64,000 bases of DNA, from the NCBI GenBank assembly GCA_963801815.1, contig CAWDGJ010000002.1:736001-800000 (forward strand). The letters are read 5' to 3'. The notes beneath the pieces were generated by a model. It did not search any database. It was not told where the DNA came from and saw only the letters and a program-made list of their open reading frames with translations. The stretch's first letter is position 1, and every line of letters begins with the position of its first letter. The translations under genes were made by a program, and so were the position numbers. This stretch comes from an uncultured Verrucomicrobiae bacterium. Its GTDB lineage: Bacteria; Verrucomicrobiota; Verrucomicrobiia; Chthoniobacterales; UBA10450. Below, piece by piece: positions 1-12,022 of this stretch.

Positions 1-1
1 G

Positions 2-97
2 AACGAAGCGCTCCGTGACGTTGGCGAAGTGATCGGCGAGACAGGCGTCGAGCAAATTCTGGATTCCGTCTTCAGTCAGTTTTGCATCGGCAAATGA
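2..97 (+). CDS. mnmE: tRNA modification GTPase MnmE, C-terminal fragment (runs off window)
   Basis: Frame 2 reads NEALRDVGEVIGETGVEQILDSVFSQFCIGK*; FCIGK is the MnmE C-terminal signature; stop overlaps the pyrD ATG (ATGA). Confidence 0.9.
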   Translation, partial: NEALRDVGEVIGETGVEQILDSVFSQFCIGK

Positions 98-1107
98 AGA
101 ATGCTTACGAGCGACTCGTGAGGCCGCTCCTCTTTTCGATTGATCCCGAAAGTGCGCACCATTTTGCGCTCGCTTGCCTGCGCGCAGGATCGATTCTCGA
201 TCCTGTTCTGCGCGCGTTGAAGCGGTTTCATCCTGAACCGAAGCCGAAGAAAGTTTTCGGTCTTAATTTTCCAAACCCGATAGGCCTCGCCGCCGGATTT
301 GATAAGAACGGTGTTGCTTTGCCTGCTTGGGCGGCGCTCGGCTTTGGTTTTATCGAGATCGGCACCGTCACCGCCAAAGCGCAGCCAGGAAATCCCAAAC
401 CACGGATCTTTCGACTGCCAGAACAAAACGCGTTAATTAACCGACTCGGCTTCAACAACGACGGCGCTGACACGATCGCGCAACGCCTGCAAAAATTGAA
501 GCGAAGCGGACGCTGGCCGGCCGTGCCGATTGGAATCAACATCGGCAAATCGAAAGTGACTCCGCTCGAGCAGGCGGCCTCGGATTATCTCTACTCTTTC
601 GAGCGATTGCGAGAATTTGCCGATTACATCGTGCTAAACGTCAGTTCGCCAAATACTGCCGACTTGCGCCAGTTGCAAGGATCCGAAGCGCTCGGCGAAC
701 TTTTACGCGCGATCGGCGAGAAAAATCTCATCACGCGTAAACCGATCGTCGTGAAAATCGCGCCCGACCTTGGGCCGAACGATCTCGAACAAATTGTCAG
801 CACGTGCGAAGCAAACAAAGTCGCCGCTATCATCGCAACTAATACAACGCTCGATCATTCGTCGATCCCGTCGGACCAGGACGAGCAGGGTGGGCTGAGT
901 GGAGCGCCGCTGCGCGACAAATCCACCGCGTTGGTTCGCGCAATCGCCGCGCGATCGACAATTCCAATCATCGCATCGGGCGGAATTGTCGACGGCGAGT
1001 CAGCGCGCGAAAAATTCGAAGCCGGCGCGCAGCTAATACAGATCTACACCGGTCTGATCTATCGCGGACCTTCGTTGCTGGGCAAAATCTCGGAAGCGTT
1101 GAAATGA
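94..1107 (+). CDS. pyrD: Quinone-dependent dihydroorotate dehydrogenase
   Basis: GLAAGFDKN, INRLGFNN, NVSSPNT, GGLSG motifs; ATG at 94. Confidence 0.95.
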   Translation: MKNAYERLVRPLLFSIDPESAHHFALACLRAGSILDPVLRALKRFHPEPKPKKVFGLNFPNPIGLAAGFDKNGVALPAWAALGFGFIEIGTVTAKAQPGNPKPRIFRLPEQNALINRLGFNNDGADTIAQRLQKLKRSGRWPAVPIGINIGKSKVTPLEQAASDYLYSFERLREFADYIVLNVSSPNTADLRQLQGSEALGELLRAIGEKNLITRKPIVVKIAPDLGPNDLEQIVSTCEANKVAAIIATNTTLDHSSIPSDQDEQGGLSGAPLRDKSTALVRAIAARSTIPIIASGGIVDGESAREKFEAGAQLIQIYTGLIYRGPSLLGKISEALK

Positions 1108-1787
1108 ACTTGGCGCGAAAACTCGACAAGTTGGTGAGTCGAGAAGGTTACCGACGCGCCTGGCGACGTGCAAAGCGTTCCATTTTTCGATTACCGTTTG
1201 GGCCAGTGCTTGCCCGGGTCGATCAGAATCGTCTGCGCGAAATTCAAAAACGCTATGCCGGCTCAAAGTACGCCAACATCGACAAGTGGTTGCGGGTCAA
1301 TCGTGAGCGCGTCCAGGATTTGAAATTGCATCGCTGCCCGCCACAGCGCGTTCTCGATCTCGGCTGCGGCGGCGGGTATTTCCTCTTCATCCTGAAACGT
1401 TTCAATCATTCTGTGCTCGGCCTTGATGTCGATCGGTCGGAACTTTTCGGCGAGTTGCTCGAGGCCTTCGACGTTTCCCGCGTTGTTTTCGAAATAAAAC
1501 CGTTGCAGCTGCTCCCCGATCTTCGCCAGCAATTCGATTGGATAACCGCGTTCTCGATCGGCTTTGATCGCAACCATGAAACCAAGGTGCGATGGGGAAC
1601 CAAGGAATGGGATTTTCTGCTTCGCGATTTACAATCGCGACTCGCCCCCGGCGGAAAAATCTATCTGGCGCTTAATCCTCTGCCGAGCGGGGAATATTGG
1701 ACGTCCGAACTGTATGATTTCTTTGTGAGTCGTGGCGCCGATATCGAACGCGAGCGCATTTTTTTCGGCAACGGACTTCGCGTCTGA
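1104..1787 (+). CDS. Class I SAM-dependent methyltransferase
   Basis: VLDLGCGGG motif I; ATGA overlap with pyrD. Confidence 0.8.
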   Translation: MNLARKLDKLVSREGYRRAWRRAKRSIFRLPFGPVLARVDQNRLREIQKRYAGSKYANIDKWLRVNRERVQDLKLHRCPPQRVLDLGCGGGYFLFILKRFNHSVLGLDVDRSELFGELLEAFDVSRVVFEIKPLQLLPDLRQQFDWITAFSIGFDRNHETKVRWGTKEWDFLLRDLQSRLAPGGKIYLALNPLPSGEYWTSELYDFFVSRGADIERERIFFGNGLRV

Positions 1788-1855
1788 TCACAGCGTCGAA
1801 TCTTCGAGACGCGCGAACGCCCCCTGGGCCGCGAATTGTTTCAGGAGGGAATCAA

Positions 1856-2029
1856 ATGTTGAAATGGGCTTTTATATTTCTGGTTATCGCGCTGATCGCG
1901 GCCTTGTTCGGATTTACCGGGATCGCTTCGGCCGCGGCCGGCATCGCGAAGTTCCTGTTCTTCCTGTTCCTGCTGGTATGCCTGATCTTCTTCATCATCG
2001 GCATATCAATTGGGAAAAAGGTGATGTGA
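1856..2029 (+). CDS. DUF1328 (YtjA-like) small membrane protein
   Basis: Not in the ORF track: MLKWAFIFLVIALIAALFGFTGIASAAAGIAKFLFF...; RBS GGAGG upstream. Confidence 0.9.
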   Translation: MLKWAFIFLVIALIAALFGFTGIASAAAGIAKFLFFLFLLVCLIFFIIGISIGKKVM

Positions 2030-2093
2030 CCTGATTCCAAGCCTGCGCGCTGGAACCGCGCGAACGTGTCCGCGAAAACGGCGAGGCTTGGAG

Positions 2094-2483
2094 TTATTTA
2101 CCCGTCCACGGTTTCCACGGCAGGAGCACGTTTTTCGTGCGCAATCTGCACTTGTCGCTCACCAACGTGAACGTCAGCTTGTCCTGATCGCGATTGAATT
2201 TGTAAACGCCTTCTCCCTTGCAGGATTTCGGGGTGTGCGATCCACGCGACTCCTTAATCGTGATGGTGTCGTCAGCCACAGTATATTTGCCCCAAACGCT
2301 CGGATGATTGCTGTTGTTCAGTGCAACTTCAAAAGTGCCGCCCGCTTTGAGCGCCCAAACCGTGCCCAGCGCATTTGTCCAGGTTCCGACGAGCGAATTT
2401 TGCGGCGCTTCTTGGAACATGGCGCACCCGGTGAGGAGCGCGATTGCGGTCAACGCGACAACGATCGGAATCTGTTTCTTCAT
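2094..2483 (-). CDS. Putative lipoprotein (small beta-rich domain)
   Basis: MKKQIPIVVALTAIALLTGC lipobox; LVGTW and VWGKY motifs. Confidence 0.7.
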   Translation of the reverse strand: MKKQIPIVVALTAIALLTGCAMFQEAPQNSLVGTWTNALGTVWALKAGGTFEVALNNSNHPSVWGKYTVADDTITIKESRGSHTPKSCKGEGVYKFNRDQDKLTFTLVSDKCRLRTKNVLLPWKPWTGK

Positions 2484-2572
2484 GCCTCGATGCTGTCTGT
2501 AACGGACTCTCTTTTCAAGCAAAGAACAATGCATCGTCTTTACTGACATGCCTCCCGGCCTAAGTTGCAGCA

Positions 2573-3640
2573 ATGGCGATTTCAGAAGAACAGGTGCGAA
2601 AAGTTCTGAGCACGGTCCGATACCCGGGGTTTAGCCGGGACATCGTCTCGTTCGGGTTGGTCAAAGGCATCGACGTCGCCGACGGCGAAGTGAAAGTGCA
2701 GCTCGCGCTGGCCACAAACGATCCGAACATTCCCGCTACGATCAAGAGCGATGCCGAGAAAGCTTTGCGTGAATTAAACGGCGTTCGCGCCGCAAAGGTT
2801 TTGATCGACATCCACGCAGCACCCGCCGGCGCCGGCGCAACTGTCGGCGCGACGCGCATTCCTGGAATCAAACACGTCATCGCCGTCGCGAGCGGAAAAG
2901 GCGGCGTCGGAAAATCCACCGTGGCTGCAAACCTGGCGGTCGCGCTTGAACAAACCAAGGCGCGCGTCGGTTTGTGCGATTGCGACATTTACGGTCCCAG
3001 CATTTCGCTCATGTTCGGTATTCACGAACGGCCGACCGCCACCGACGAGAACAAGATTATCCCGATCGACCAGTACCACTTGAAGTTGATGTCGATGGGA
3101 TTTCTGCTCGACGACACGTCACCAGCGATTTTGCGCGGACCGATGGTGACGCGTTATACGCAACAATTCTTGCGACAAGTCGAGTGGGGTGAACTCGATT
3201 TTCTAGTGCTCGATCTGCCACCCGGCACCGGCGACATTCAGCTTACCATCGTGCAAACCGTTGCGTTGTCCGGCGTAATCATAGTCACAACGCCGCAGGA
3301 GGTGGCCCTGATCGATGCGCGAAAAGCGGCGACGATGTTTGAGAAGGTCAACGTTCCCGTTCTCGGCTTGATTGAAAACATGAGCTACTTCGTTTCGCCG
3401 TCCGACCACAAGCGCTACGACATCTTTGGCAGCGGCGGCGGCGAGCGCGAAGCGAAGCGCCTCCGCGTTCCGTTGCTCGGGCAGGTGCCGATCGACATCG
3501 CAACCCGCGAGGCCGGGGACCGTGGCGAGCCGATTGTTTCCCAAGACAAGCAGTCCCCTGTGGCAGTGGAGTTTACGAAGATTGCTGGCCGAATTCGCGA
3601 AGCGTTGTCTGAATCGGATTCGCCGGCAAAATCTAAATAG
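2573..3640 (+). CDS. apbC: Mrp/NBP35 Fe-S cluster carrier ATPase with N-terminal DUF59 domain
   Basis: ASGKGGVGKST, DCDIYGPS, DLPPGTGD, IENMS. Confidence 0.92.
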   Translation: MAISEEQVRKVLSTVRYPGFSRDIVSFGLVKGIDVADGEVKVQLALATNDPNIPATIKSDAEKALRELNGVRAAKVLIDIHAAPAGAGATVGATRIPGIKHVIAVASGKGGVGKSTVAANLAVALEQTKARVGLCDCDIYGPSISLMFGIHERPTATDENKIIPIDQYHLKLMSMGFLLDDTSPAILRGPMVTRYTQQFLRQVEWGELDFLVLDLPPGTGDIQLTIVQTVALSGVIIVTTPQEVALIDARKAATMFEKVNVPVLGLIENMSYFVSPSDHKRYDIFGSGGGEREAKRLRVPLLGQVPIDIATREAGDRGEPIVSQDKQSPVAVEFTKIAGRIREALSESDSPAKSK

Positions 3641-3706
3641 GTATGACCAATGCTACGTCATATTTGTGAACGATTTATCGGTTCCTGTTGACTGGTTCTC
3701 GTTTTT

Positions 3707-3952
3707 ATGGAAAACAGTGGCCCAATGCCGCCTGTCCAAGAGGAAAAATCGAAGTTCGTTAAGAACTCCGTGCTTTATAAAGAGTTCCTGGCCGAGCGGG
3801 AGGAAATTTTGAAACACAAGTGGATCGAGAGCGAAAAAGCCGGCAAAGACATCGGCTTTGAAAAGGCGCTGCTCGATTGGATCGTGAAACATCGCTCCAA
3901 TTGGAGAGCGAGACGATTGAAGGAGGCTCGCACAGAAAAGGCAGCCTCCTAA
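3707..3952 (+). CDS. Small stand-alone DUF4032-like protein
   Basis: EREEILKHKWIESEKAGKDIGFEKALLDW helix motif. Confidence 0.7.
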   Translation: MENSGPMPPVQEEKSKFVKNSVLYKEFLAEREEILKHKWIESEKAGKDIGFEKALLDWIVKHRSNWRARRLKEARTEKAAS

Positions 3953-3962
3953 ATTTTGTACA

Positions 3963-3993
3963 CCTTTAAAGCGATCCAGTGAGGTCGCCAAGG
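3963..3993 (+). promoter_or_regulatory. PyrR-binding RNA loop overlapping the pyrR ribosome-binding site
   Basis: CCTTTAAA GCGATCCAGTGAGGTCGC CAAGG fits the UUUAA ... UCCNGNGAGG PyrR loop; the 3' AAGG is the SD of the ATG at 4000. Confidence 0.85.
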
Positions 3994-3999
3994 ATGTAA

Positions 4000-5501
<1,502 letters not shown>

Positions 5502-5505
<4 letters not shown>

Positions 5506-6785
5506 GCGCGACCATTATTCGCAACGGCCGCATCATCGATCCGGCGAACAATCGCGACGAAGTCGGTGACCTCGCCGTTGTCGACGGCAAGATCGCCGAG
5601 CCTTCCGCTATCCGCGATCCGAAATCCGCAATTGAAACGATTGACGCAAAGGGTTTGATCGTCACGCCCGGTTTGATCGACATGCACGTGCATCTGCGCG
5701 AACCGGGGTTCGGTCACAAGGAGACGATCGCTTCCGGGGCGCGGGCGGCCGCGGCCGGCGGATTCACGACGATCGTCTGCATGCCGAACACGTCGCCGGC
5801 GGCGGACAATCCGGCAACGATCGCGTGGATCAAGGATCGCGCCGCCGAGGCGGCTTGCGTAAATGTTCTGCCAACCGGCGCAATCTCGAAAAACATTGCG
5901 GGCGACGAATTGGCGCCGATCGGTTCGTTAGGCCAGGCCGGCGTTGTTGCGATCACGGACGACGGTCACTGCATGCAAAACCACGAGCTGATGCGGCGAG
6001 CGGTCGAGTACGCGCGCATGGTCGAATTGCCGGTGCTCGATCATTGCCAGGATTACAGCCTGGTCGGCAACGGCGTGGTTAATGAAGGCTACTGGAGTAT
6101 CCTCCTAGGCTTGCCCGGATGGCCGGCCGCGGGCGAAGAAGTGATCGTGATGCGAAACATTTTGTTGGCGGAACTTTGCGATCATCGCATTCACTGCCAA
6201 CACATCAGCGCAGCCGGAAGCGTGCGGCTCATTCGCGAAGCGCGAAAACGCGGTGTGAAAATCAGCGGCGAAGTTTGTCCGCACCACATCGCATTGACCG
6301 ATGAAGCGATCCAGAATTTCGATACGAACTACAAAATGAATCCGCCGCTGCGATCAAAGACCGACGTCGATGCGATCATCGAAGGAATCGCGGACGGTAC
6401 CTTGTCGATTCTGTGTTCGGATCATGCACCGCACGCCGGATTCGAAAAAGAAGTCGAGTTCGACCAGGCGCCGTTTGGAATTGTCGGACTCGAAACGGAG
6501 CTTGGACTTTTCATCAACTCGCTTGGCCACCAGCACCGAACGATCGACATCAGGCGTTTGATCGAAATGTACACTGTCGAACCCGCGAAACTTTTGAATC
6601 TGCAAGCCGGGACGCTGTCGGTCGACTCGGCGGCTGACGTCACCCTGATCGATCCGAATCTCGAATGGACGGTGCGAGTCGATCAATTTGAGTCGTTGTC
6701 TCACAATTCGCCGTTCGACGGATGGAAACTGAAGGGCCGAGCGGTGCGAACGATCGTCGGCGGAAAAACGGTTTGGAAACTCTGA
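5502..6785 (+). CDS. pyrC: Dihydroorotase
   Basis: [23 protein letters not shown]. Confidence 0.95.
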
Positions 6786-6786
6786 T

Positions 6787-6852
6787 CTGTGGTGGCAGCC
6801 GTCTTGGCTGCACCATTCAACTGACTTGCAGGCGAGATGCCTGCCTCCACAG
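6787..6852. repeat. REP-like inverted doublet (GTGG family)
   Basis: CTGTGGTGGCAGCCGTCTTGGCTGCA ... TGCAGGCGAGATGCCTGCCTCCACAG between convergent genes; relatives at 28046, 28331, 33215, 41344. Confidence 0.8.
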
Positions 6853-6856
6853 AAGG

Positions 6857-7306
6857 TTAGCCTGAAAATCCGCCGCTGATGTAGCTCTCCAGGTGCGCGA
6901 TGGTTGCACTTTGGGTGGCGATCACATATTTCACCAAATCGCCAATCGAAACCACGCCGATGACTTTGCCGCCATCCAAAACGGGCAAATGGCGGAAGCG
7001 CTTATCGGTCATTGCGCGCAAACATTCCTCCACGCCTTCGTTTGGATGTGTCACGGTCAGGTTGGTGGACATGATCTCGGAGACTTTCGTCTCGGAGGAT
7101 TTTTTGCCACGCAACATCACCTTGCGGGTGTAATCGCGCTCTGAAAGCATGCCGACGAGCTTATTTCCCTTCATCACCAAAACCGCGCCGACGTTTTTCT
7201 CGTCCATCATTCTGACGGCATCGTCGACGCAGGTCTCCGGTGTTACTGAAAAAATCTCGGACGGCTTTTGTCCAAGAACTGCGCTGATATTTCCGCTGAC
7301 GTCCAT
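6857..7306 (-). CDS. CBS-domain pair protein
   Basis: GMLSERDY, FRHLPVLD, VVSIGDLVK. Confidence 0.9.
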   Translation of the reverse strand: MDVSGNISAVLGQKPSEIFSVTPETCVDDAVRMMDEKNVGAVLVMKGNKLVGMLSERDYTRKVMLRGKKSSETKVSEIMSTNLTVTHPNEGVEECLRAMTDKRFRHLPVLDGGKVIGVVSIGDLVKYVIATQSATIAHLESYISGGFSG

Positions 7307-7414
7307 AATCCTCCAAAAATCGCGGAACTCTAAAATACAACAGCTCGAGTCGCGTAGGCAAAGGAAATTCAGAGCGGCGCACCCGTGTCGGCGAGAAAGA
7401 ATCCCTCGGCAAAC

Positions 7415-8740
7415 CTAGGAAGACCGCGCAAATTTTCGGTCGATCAACCGATTCAAGTGATCTGCGATGGCCGGTTGATCGAGACGCTGAATGACTTCAT
7501 TTAAGAAGCCGGTGACAAGCAGACGCTGGGCGACTTTTGACGGAATTCCCCGCGAGCGCAGATAAAACATCTCGTCTTCGTTGATCTGGCCGGAGGTGGC
7601 GCCGTGGGTGCAACGGACGTTGTCGGCCATAATTTCCAAGCCGGGCATCGAGTTCGCCTCGGAATCGTCGCTTAGCAAAAGATTGCGGACCTTTTGATAC
7701 GCGTCGGTGAAATGCGCGTGCGGTTCGACGCGAATCAGTCCGCCGAACGTGCAACGCGCCTTATCGTCGAGCGCATTCTTATAAAGTAGATCGCTCGCAG
7801 TGCGCGGCGAAATGTGGTCCTGCAATGTGCGCGAATCGAATTCCTGATCGTTGGTTGCTACCGAAACCGCGAGCATGTCGCTGCGGGCGCCTTCACCAAC
7901 CAGCCGGCTCAAACCCTCGAATCGCGCGTAACGCGCACCGAGGTTCAGATTTAAACTCATCGCCGACGCGTCGTGATCGACGATGGTCGAATTCATTTGC
8001 AGCGCGATCACTTTGCTCGCCCATTCCTGCGCGCAGACATAAGTAACCTTCGCACCCGGACCGGCGATCAAATCGTTCACCCCGCAGGCGAAACCTGCGG
8101 CATCGTGATCACACGAACGAAAATGTTCGATGACAGTCACTTTCGCCAGCTCGTCGGTAACGAGGAGCAAGTGGGGAAAGATCGACATGTTGTCGTGGCG
8201 CAACCAATGAAAGATCTCGATCGGTTGTTCGATCTCGACGCCACGCGGTACGAAAAGGAACGTTCCATTTGAAACCATCGCTCGATGCAGCGCCTCGAAC
8301 TTCGCTGAACCGAGCTTTGCTTCGGTCGACATGAAATATTTCCGGAAAAGATCGGCGTGCTCGACCATCGCGCGCTCAAGCGGTTGAAAAATCACGCCGC
8401 GCTTTTTCAAATCATCGGAGATAACGTTACGTTCAACTAGTTGATCGTTCGCGAAAATCATGCGACCGGCTGCTTCGTCGAGACCGCTCGAGTATTTCAG
8501 GATATTTTTGCGGTCGTCTTCCGAAAGTGGGCCCGGAATTTCGAATGCAGTGAGATCGAGAAGATCGACATTAGAAAAACGCCACTGCTGGTCTTTGCGT
8601 GTTGGACGCGGAATTGATTCGAACTTTTGCCAGGCCGCGCGCTGTTGTTCGCGAAACCAATCAGGCAAGTCACCCGACTCAACCAAGCCCGAGAGGACCC
8701 GCGAGGACTTTAGATTGTTCTCCTGTGTAACTGACGGCAT
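7415..8740 (-). CDS. sufD: Fe-S cluster assembly protein SufD
   Basis: PGLEIMADNVRCTHGAT, MFYLRSRGI; follows sufB. Confidence 0.9.
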   Translation of the reverse strand: MPSVTQENNLKSSRVLSGLVESGDLPDWFREQQRAAWQKFESIPRPTRKDQQWRFSNVDLLDLTAFEIPGPLSEDDRKNILKYSSGLDEAAGRMIFANDQLVERNVISDDLKKRGVIFQPLERAMVEHADLFRKYFMSTEAKLGSAKFEALHRAMVSNGTFLFVPRGVEIEQPIEIFHWLRHDNMSIFPHLLLVTDELAKVTVIEHFRSCDHDAAGFACGVNDLIAGPGAKVTYVCAQEWASKVIALQMNSTIVDHDASAMSLNLNLGARYARFEGLSRLVGEGARSDMLAVSVATNDQEFDSRTLQDHISPRTASDLLYKNALDDKARCTFGGLIRVEPHAHFTDAYQKVRNLLLSDDSEANSMPGLEIMADNVRCTHGATSGQINEDEMFYLRSRGIPSKVAQRLLVTGFLNEVIQRLDQPAIADHLNRLIDRKFARSS

Positions 8741-8766
8741 GTCGATTTTTGGGAAACCCGCCGGCG

Positions 8767-10176
8767 TTAACCGACGGAGCCTTCCATCTCGAGCTCGATC
8801 AAACGCTTCAATTCGACCGAATATTCCATTGGAAACTGGCGGACGAGATCGTTGACGAACCCGTTCACGCTCAAGCTCATCGCCTGTGCTTCGGTCAAAC
8901 CGCGCTGCTGCATGTAGAAAATTTGTTCCGCACTTACTTGCGAGACGCTCGCTTCGTGCTGGACTGCGTTGCCGGTTCCGCGAACGGTGATTGCCGGATA
9001 TGTGTCGGTCCGTGAAGTCGCGTTAATCAAAAGCGCGTCGCATTCGGTGTTGTTTTTACAATTCTTGAGATGTTTCGGCACGTGGACGAGCCCGCGATAG
9101 GTCGCGCGGCCTGTGCCGATCGAAATCGACTTCGAAATAATGTTCGATGTCGTTTCATCGGCGGCGTGAATCATTTTCGCACCGGTGTCCTGGTGCTGGC
9201 CGTTGTTGGCCAGTGCGATCGAGAGCACTTCGCCGCGCGATTTGCGGCCTTTCAATACCACGCCCGGATATTTCATGGTTAGACGCGAGCCGATGTTGCA
9301 ATCGATCCACTTGATCTCGGCGTCTTCGTGAGCGAGGCCGCGTTTTGTGACCAAATTGAAAACGTTGGCCGACCAGTTTTGCACTGTGATGTATTGGATC
9401 TTGGCGCCCTTGAGGGCGACGAGCTCGACCACCGCGCTGTGCAGCGTTGTGGTCTCGAACTTCGGCGCGGTGCAGCCTTCCATGTAAGTGACTTCGCTTC
9501 CTTCGTCGGCAATGATGAGCGTGCGTTCGAACTGGCCGAAATTTTCCGCGTTGATCCGGAAGTAAGCTTGCAGCGGATGTTTCACCTTCACGCCGGGCGG
9601 CACGTAAATGAACGATCCGCCGCTGAACACCGCCGCGTTGAGCGCGCTGAATTTGTTGTCGGCAATTGGGATGACCTTGCCGAACCATTTCCGGAAAATT
9701 TCCGGATGATGTTTCAGTCCCTCGGTCGAACCGACGAAAATCACGCCCTGTTCGCCGACCGCTTTCTTGATGTTTGAATAAACCGCTTCGCTGTCGAACT
9801 GCGCTTCCACTCCGGCGAGAAATTTTCGCTCTTGCTCAGGAATGCCGAGCCGCTCGAATGTGCGCTTGATGTCCTCCGGCACTTCTTCCCAAGTGCGCTT
9901 AGCGGCATCGCCGGACGCGAGGTAATAACGGATTTTGTCGAAATCGATCGCCTCGAGATCCTTGCTGGCCCAATGCGTCGGCAACGGTTTCTCTAGAAAA
10001 GTTTTCAGACCGCGGAGACGGAACTCACGGACCCAATCCGGATCTTCTTTGACGTCGGAAATAAAGTGGACGGTTTTCTCGCTCAACCCGCGCCCTGCGT
10101 CCTTGGCGTAGGCGACGTCGTAATGGAAATCGCCGATGCTCCGATCGATATTGACGGCTTTGCTTTCAGGTTTCAT
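8767..10176 (-). CDS. sufB: Fe-S cluster assembly protein SufB
   Basis: [32 protein letters not shown]. Confidence 0.97.
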   Translation of the reverse strand: MKPESKAVNIDRSIGDFHYDVAYAKDAGRGLSEKTVHFISDVKEDPDWVREFRLRGLKTFLEKPLPTHWASKDLEAIDFDKIRYYLASGDAAKRTWEEVPEDIKRTFERLGIPEQERKFLAGVEAQFDSEAVYSNIKKAVGEQGVIFVGSTEGLKHHPEIFRKWFGKVIPIADNKFSALNAAVFSGGSFIYVPPGVKVKHPLQAYFRINAENFGQFERTLIIADEGSEVTYMEGCTAPKFETTTLHSAVVELVALKGAKIQYITVQNWSANVFNLVTKRGLAHEDAEIKWIDCNIGSRLTMKYPGVVLKGRKSRGEVLSIALANNGQHQDTGAKMIHAADETTSNIISKSISIGTGRATYRGLVHVPKHLKNCKNNTECDALLINATSRTDTYPAITVRGTGNAVQHEASVSQVSAEQIFYMQQRGLTEAQAMSLSVNGFVNDLVRQFPMEYSVELKRLIELEMEGSVG

Positions 10177-10188
10177 TATCGGTCCTAT

Positions 10189-10956
10189 CTATCTAGTTAC
10201 TGCCATCTCGCCGGCAGATTCGCGCGCCCAATCGTAACCGCGCTCCTCAAGCTCGAGCGCTAGTTCTTTTCCGCCACTACGTACGATCCGCCCGGCGACC
10301 ATGACGTGGACGTGGTCGGGCACGATGTAGTTCAAAAGTCTTTGATAATGCGTGATCAAAAGAATGCCCAGCTGCGGGCCCCGCATCATGTTCACGCCGC
10401 GAGCGACGACCTTCAGTGCGTCGATATCGAGACCGCTGTCGGTCTCATCGAGCACGGCGTATTTGGGAGCGAGCATTGCCAACTGCAAAATCTCGGCCCG
10501 CTTTTTTTCGCCGCCGGAAAACCCTTCGTTGACCGCGCGCGACGTAAATGAGCGATCCATTCCGAGGAGCTCCATTTTCTCGTAAAGCTTTGCGTAGTAA
10601 TCCGTGGCTTCGAGCTCTTCGCCCTCCGGCAAGCGCGCTTGCAACGCCGCGCGCAAAAAATTCGCAATGGTCACGCCCGGAATTTCGCTGGGATACTGAA
10701 ACGCCAGGAATAGACCTTTGCGGGCGCGCTCATCGGGCTCCATCGCGAGAAGATCTTCCCCGTCCATCGTGATTTTGCCTTTAGTCACCTGATAATCAGG
10801 ATGGCCGGCCATCACCTTGGCCAGCGTGCTCTTGCCGGAGCCGTTCGGCCCCATAATGGCGTGCACTTCACCCGGGGGCACGGCCAGGGTCAGACCACGG
10901 ACGATCTGCTGATCGCCAATGGCGACATGGAGGTTCTCAACGCGAAGCTCGTTCAT
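10189..10956 (-). CDS. sufC: Fe-S cluster assembly ATPase SufC
   Basis: [34 protein letters not shown]. Confidence 0.97.
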   Translation of the reverse strand: MNELRVENLHVAIGDQQIVRGLTLAVPPGEVHAIMGPNGSGKSTLAKVMAGHPDYQVTKGKITMDGEDLLAMEPDERARKGLFLAFQYPSEIPGVTIANFLRAALQARLPEGEELEATDYYAKLYEKMELLGMDRSFTSRAVNEGFSGGEKKRAEILQLAMLAPKYAVLDETDSGLDIDALKVVARGVNMMRGPQLGILLITHYQRLLNYIVPDHVHVMVAGRIVRSGGKELALELEERGYDWARESAGEMAVTR

Positions 10957-11101
10957 AAGCAGGGGTTAAAAATATAAGCCGATTCGGGGTGATTGCGAAC
11001 CGGATTTGAGCATTTTGACGCCCGCATGTGCGCGCCAATCTGGCGCGGCTTCTTCTTATAATTCCCATCACCAGGCATTCCGATTGCTCAGATAAGACCT
11101 T

Positions 11102-11830
11102 GTGAACTCCGACGAGAAAGACCCGGGTATTACCGATAAATCGCTTTTGAAAGAGGACGTCTCGAAAGCGACCAGCGAGTTAAACAATCTTCTTCAGATC
11201 ATTTCCGGCACCACCGCCGAAATCGCCAACATGAGGCAAGGAAGCGATGGTTCTGAGCAATATCTCTCGATGCTTCGGACAAGCATTCAACGAGCCGAAG
11301 CGGTCGCAGGTCATTTGGCGGAACAAGCCGGCGGGACCCACCAAAAAGCGGCGATGCATCCGCAGGTTTCGGGATTTGTGAAATCGAAGAAGGTCGCCGA
11401 AATGCCGGTAGCCAAACCGCAAATTCTCGTGGTCGATGATGAAGAGATGGCGCTGACGTTGGTCAAACAACTTTTGACCACATCCGGATACCAGGTTACC
11501 ACCGCCCAGTCTGGATTTGAGTGTCTCGATTTGTTCCGGCGGCGACCACTCAGTTATCAGCTGGTCCTGCTCGATTTGACCATGCCGTTTATGGACGGCG
11601 AGGAAACTTTTCATCGTCTGCGGGAGATCCGAGCTGACGTGCCGATTCTCCTTTGCACGGGCTTCATCCAAAATGATCGGCTGGAACGCCTGATGACTGC
11701 CGGCCTGTCCGGCTTCTTGCGAAAACCGTTTGCGCCGGAGGAGATCGCCAGCCAGGTGAAAGCAATTTTGGAGAGTGCAAAATACTCTCGAATGGGCGGA
11801 TTTGGCGGCAATTCTTCGCTGGTCGGTTAG
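11102..11830 (+). CDS. Receiver-domain protein with a degenerate HisKA-like N-terminus
   Basis: ILVVDDE, LVLLDLTMP, FLRKPF receiver motifs; N-terminal SELNNLLQIISG. Confidence 0.8.
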   Translation: MNSDEKDPGITDKSLLKEDVSKATSELNNLLQIISGTTAEIANMRQGSDGSEQYLSMLRTSIQRAEAVAGHLAEQAGGTHQKAAMHPQVSGFVKSKKVAEMPVAKPQILVVDDEEMALTLVKQLLTTSGYQVTTAQSGFECLDLFRRRPLSYQLVLLDLTMPFMDGEETFHRLREIRADVPILLCTGFIQNDRLERLMTAGLSGFLRKPFAPEEIASQVKAILESAKYSRMGGFGGNSSLVG

Positions 11831-11844
11831 TTGCACGCGACGCG

Positions 11845-11908
11845 TTGCCCCTCTGGCATAGCGTTGACGTAGCCCGAAAATTTTTCGGGGTTATTCTTGG
11901 TTCGAATC
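11845..11908 (+). pseudogene. Degenerate tandem copy of tRNA-Gln
   Basis: TTGCCCCTCTGG ... GTTATTCTTGGTTCGA is colinear with the tRNA ~100 bp downstream (16 nt identical at 11890-11905); no acceptor 3' strand. Confidence 0.55.
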
Positions 11909-11948
11909 GTTGCGCTTTCACGCAAAACGGACAATCTAGGGAGTTCGT

Positions 11949-12022
11949 TGCCCTGTGGTGTAATGGTAACACAGCGCCCTTTGGAGGCGTTATTCTTGGT
12001 TCGAGTCCAAGCGGGGCAGCCA
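11949..12022 (+). tRNA. tRNA-Gln (anticodon TTG)
   Basis: Acceptor TGCCCTG/CGGGGCA + G + CCA; D arm GTGT/ACAC; anticodon arm GCGCC-CTTTGGA-GGCGT; T arm CTTGG-TTCGAGT-CCAAG. Confidence 0.96.
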
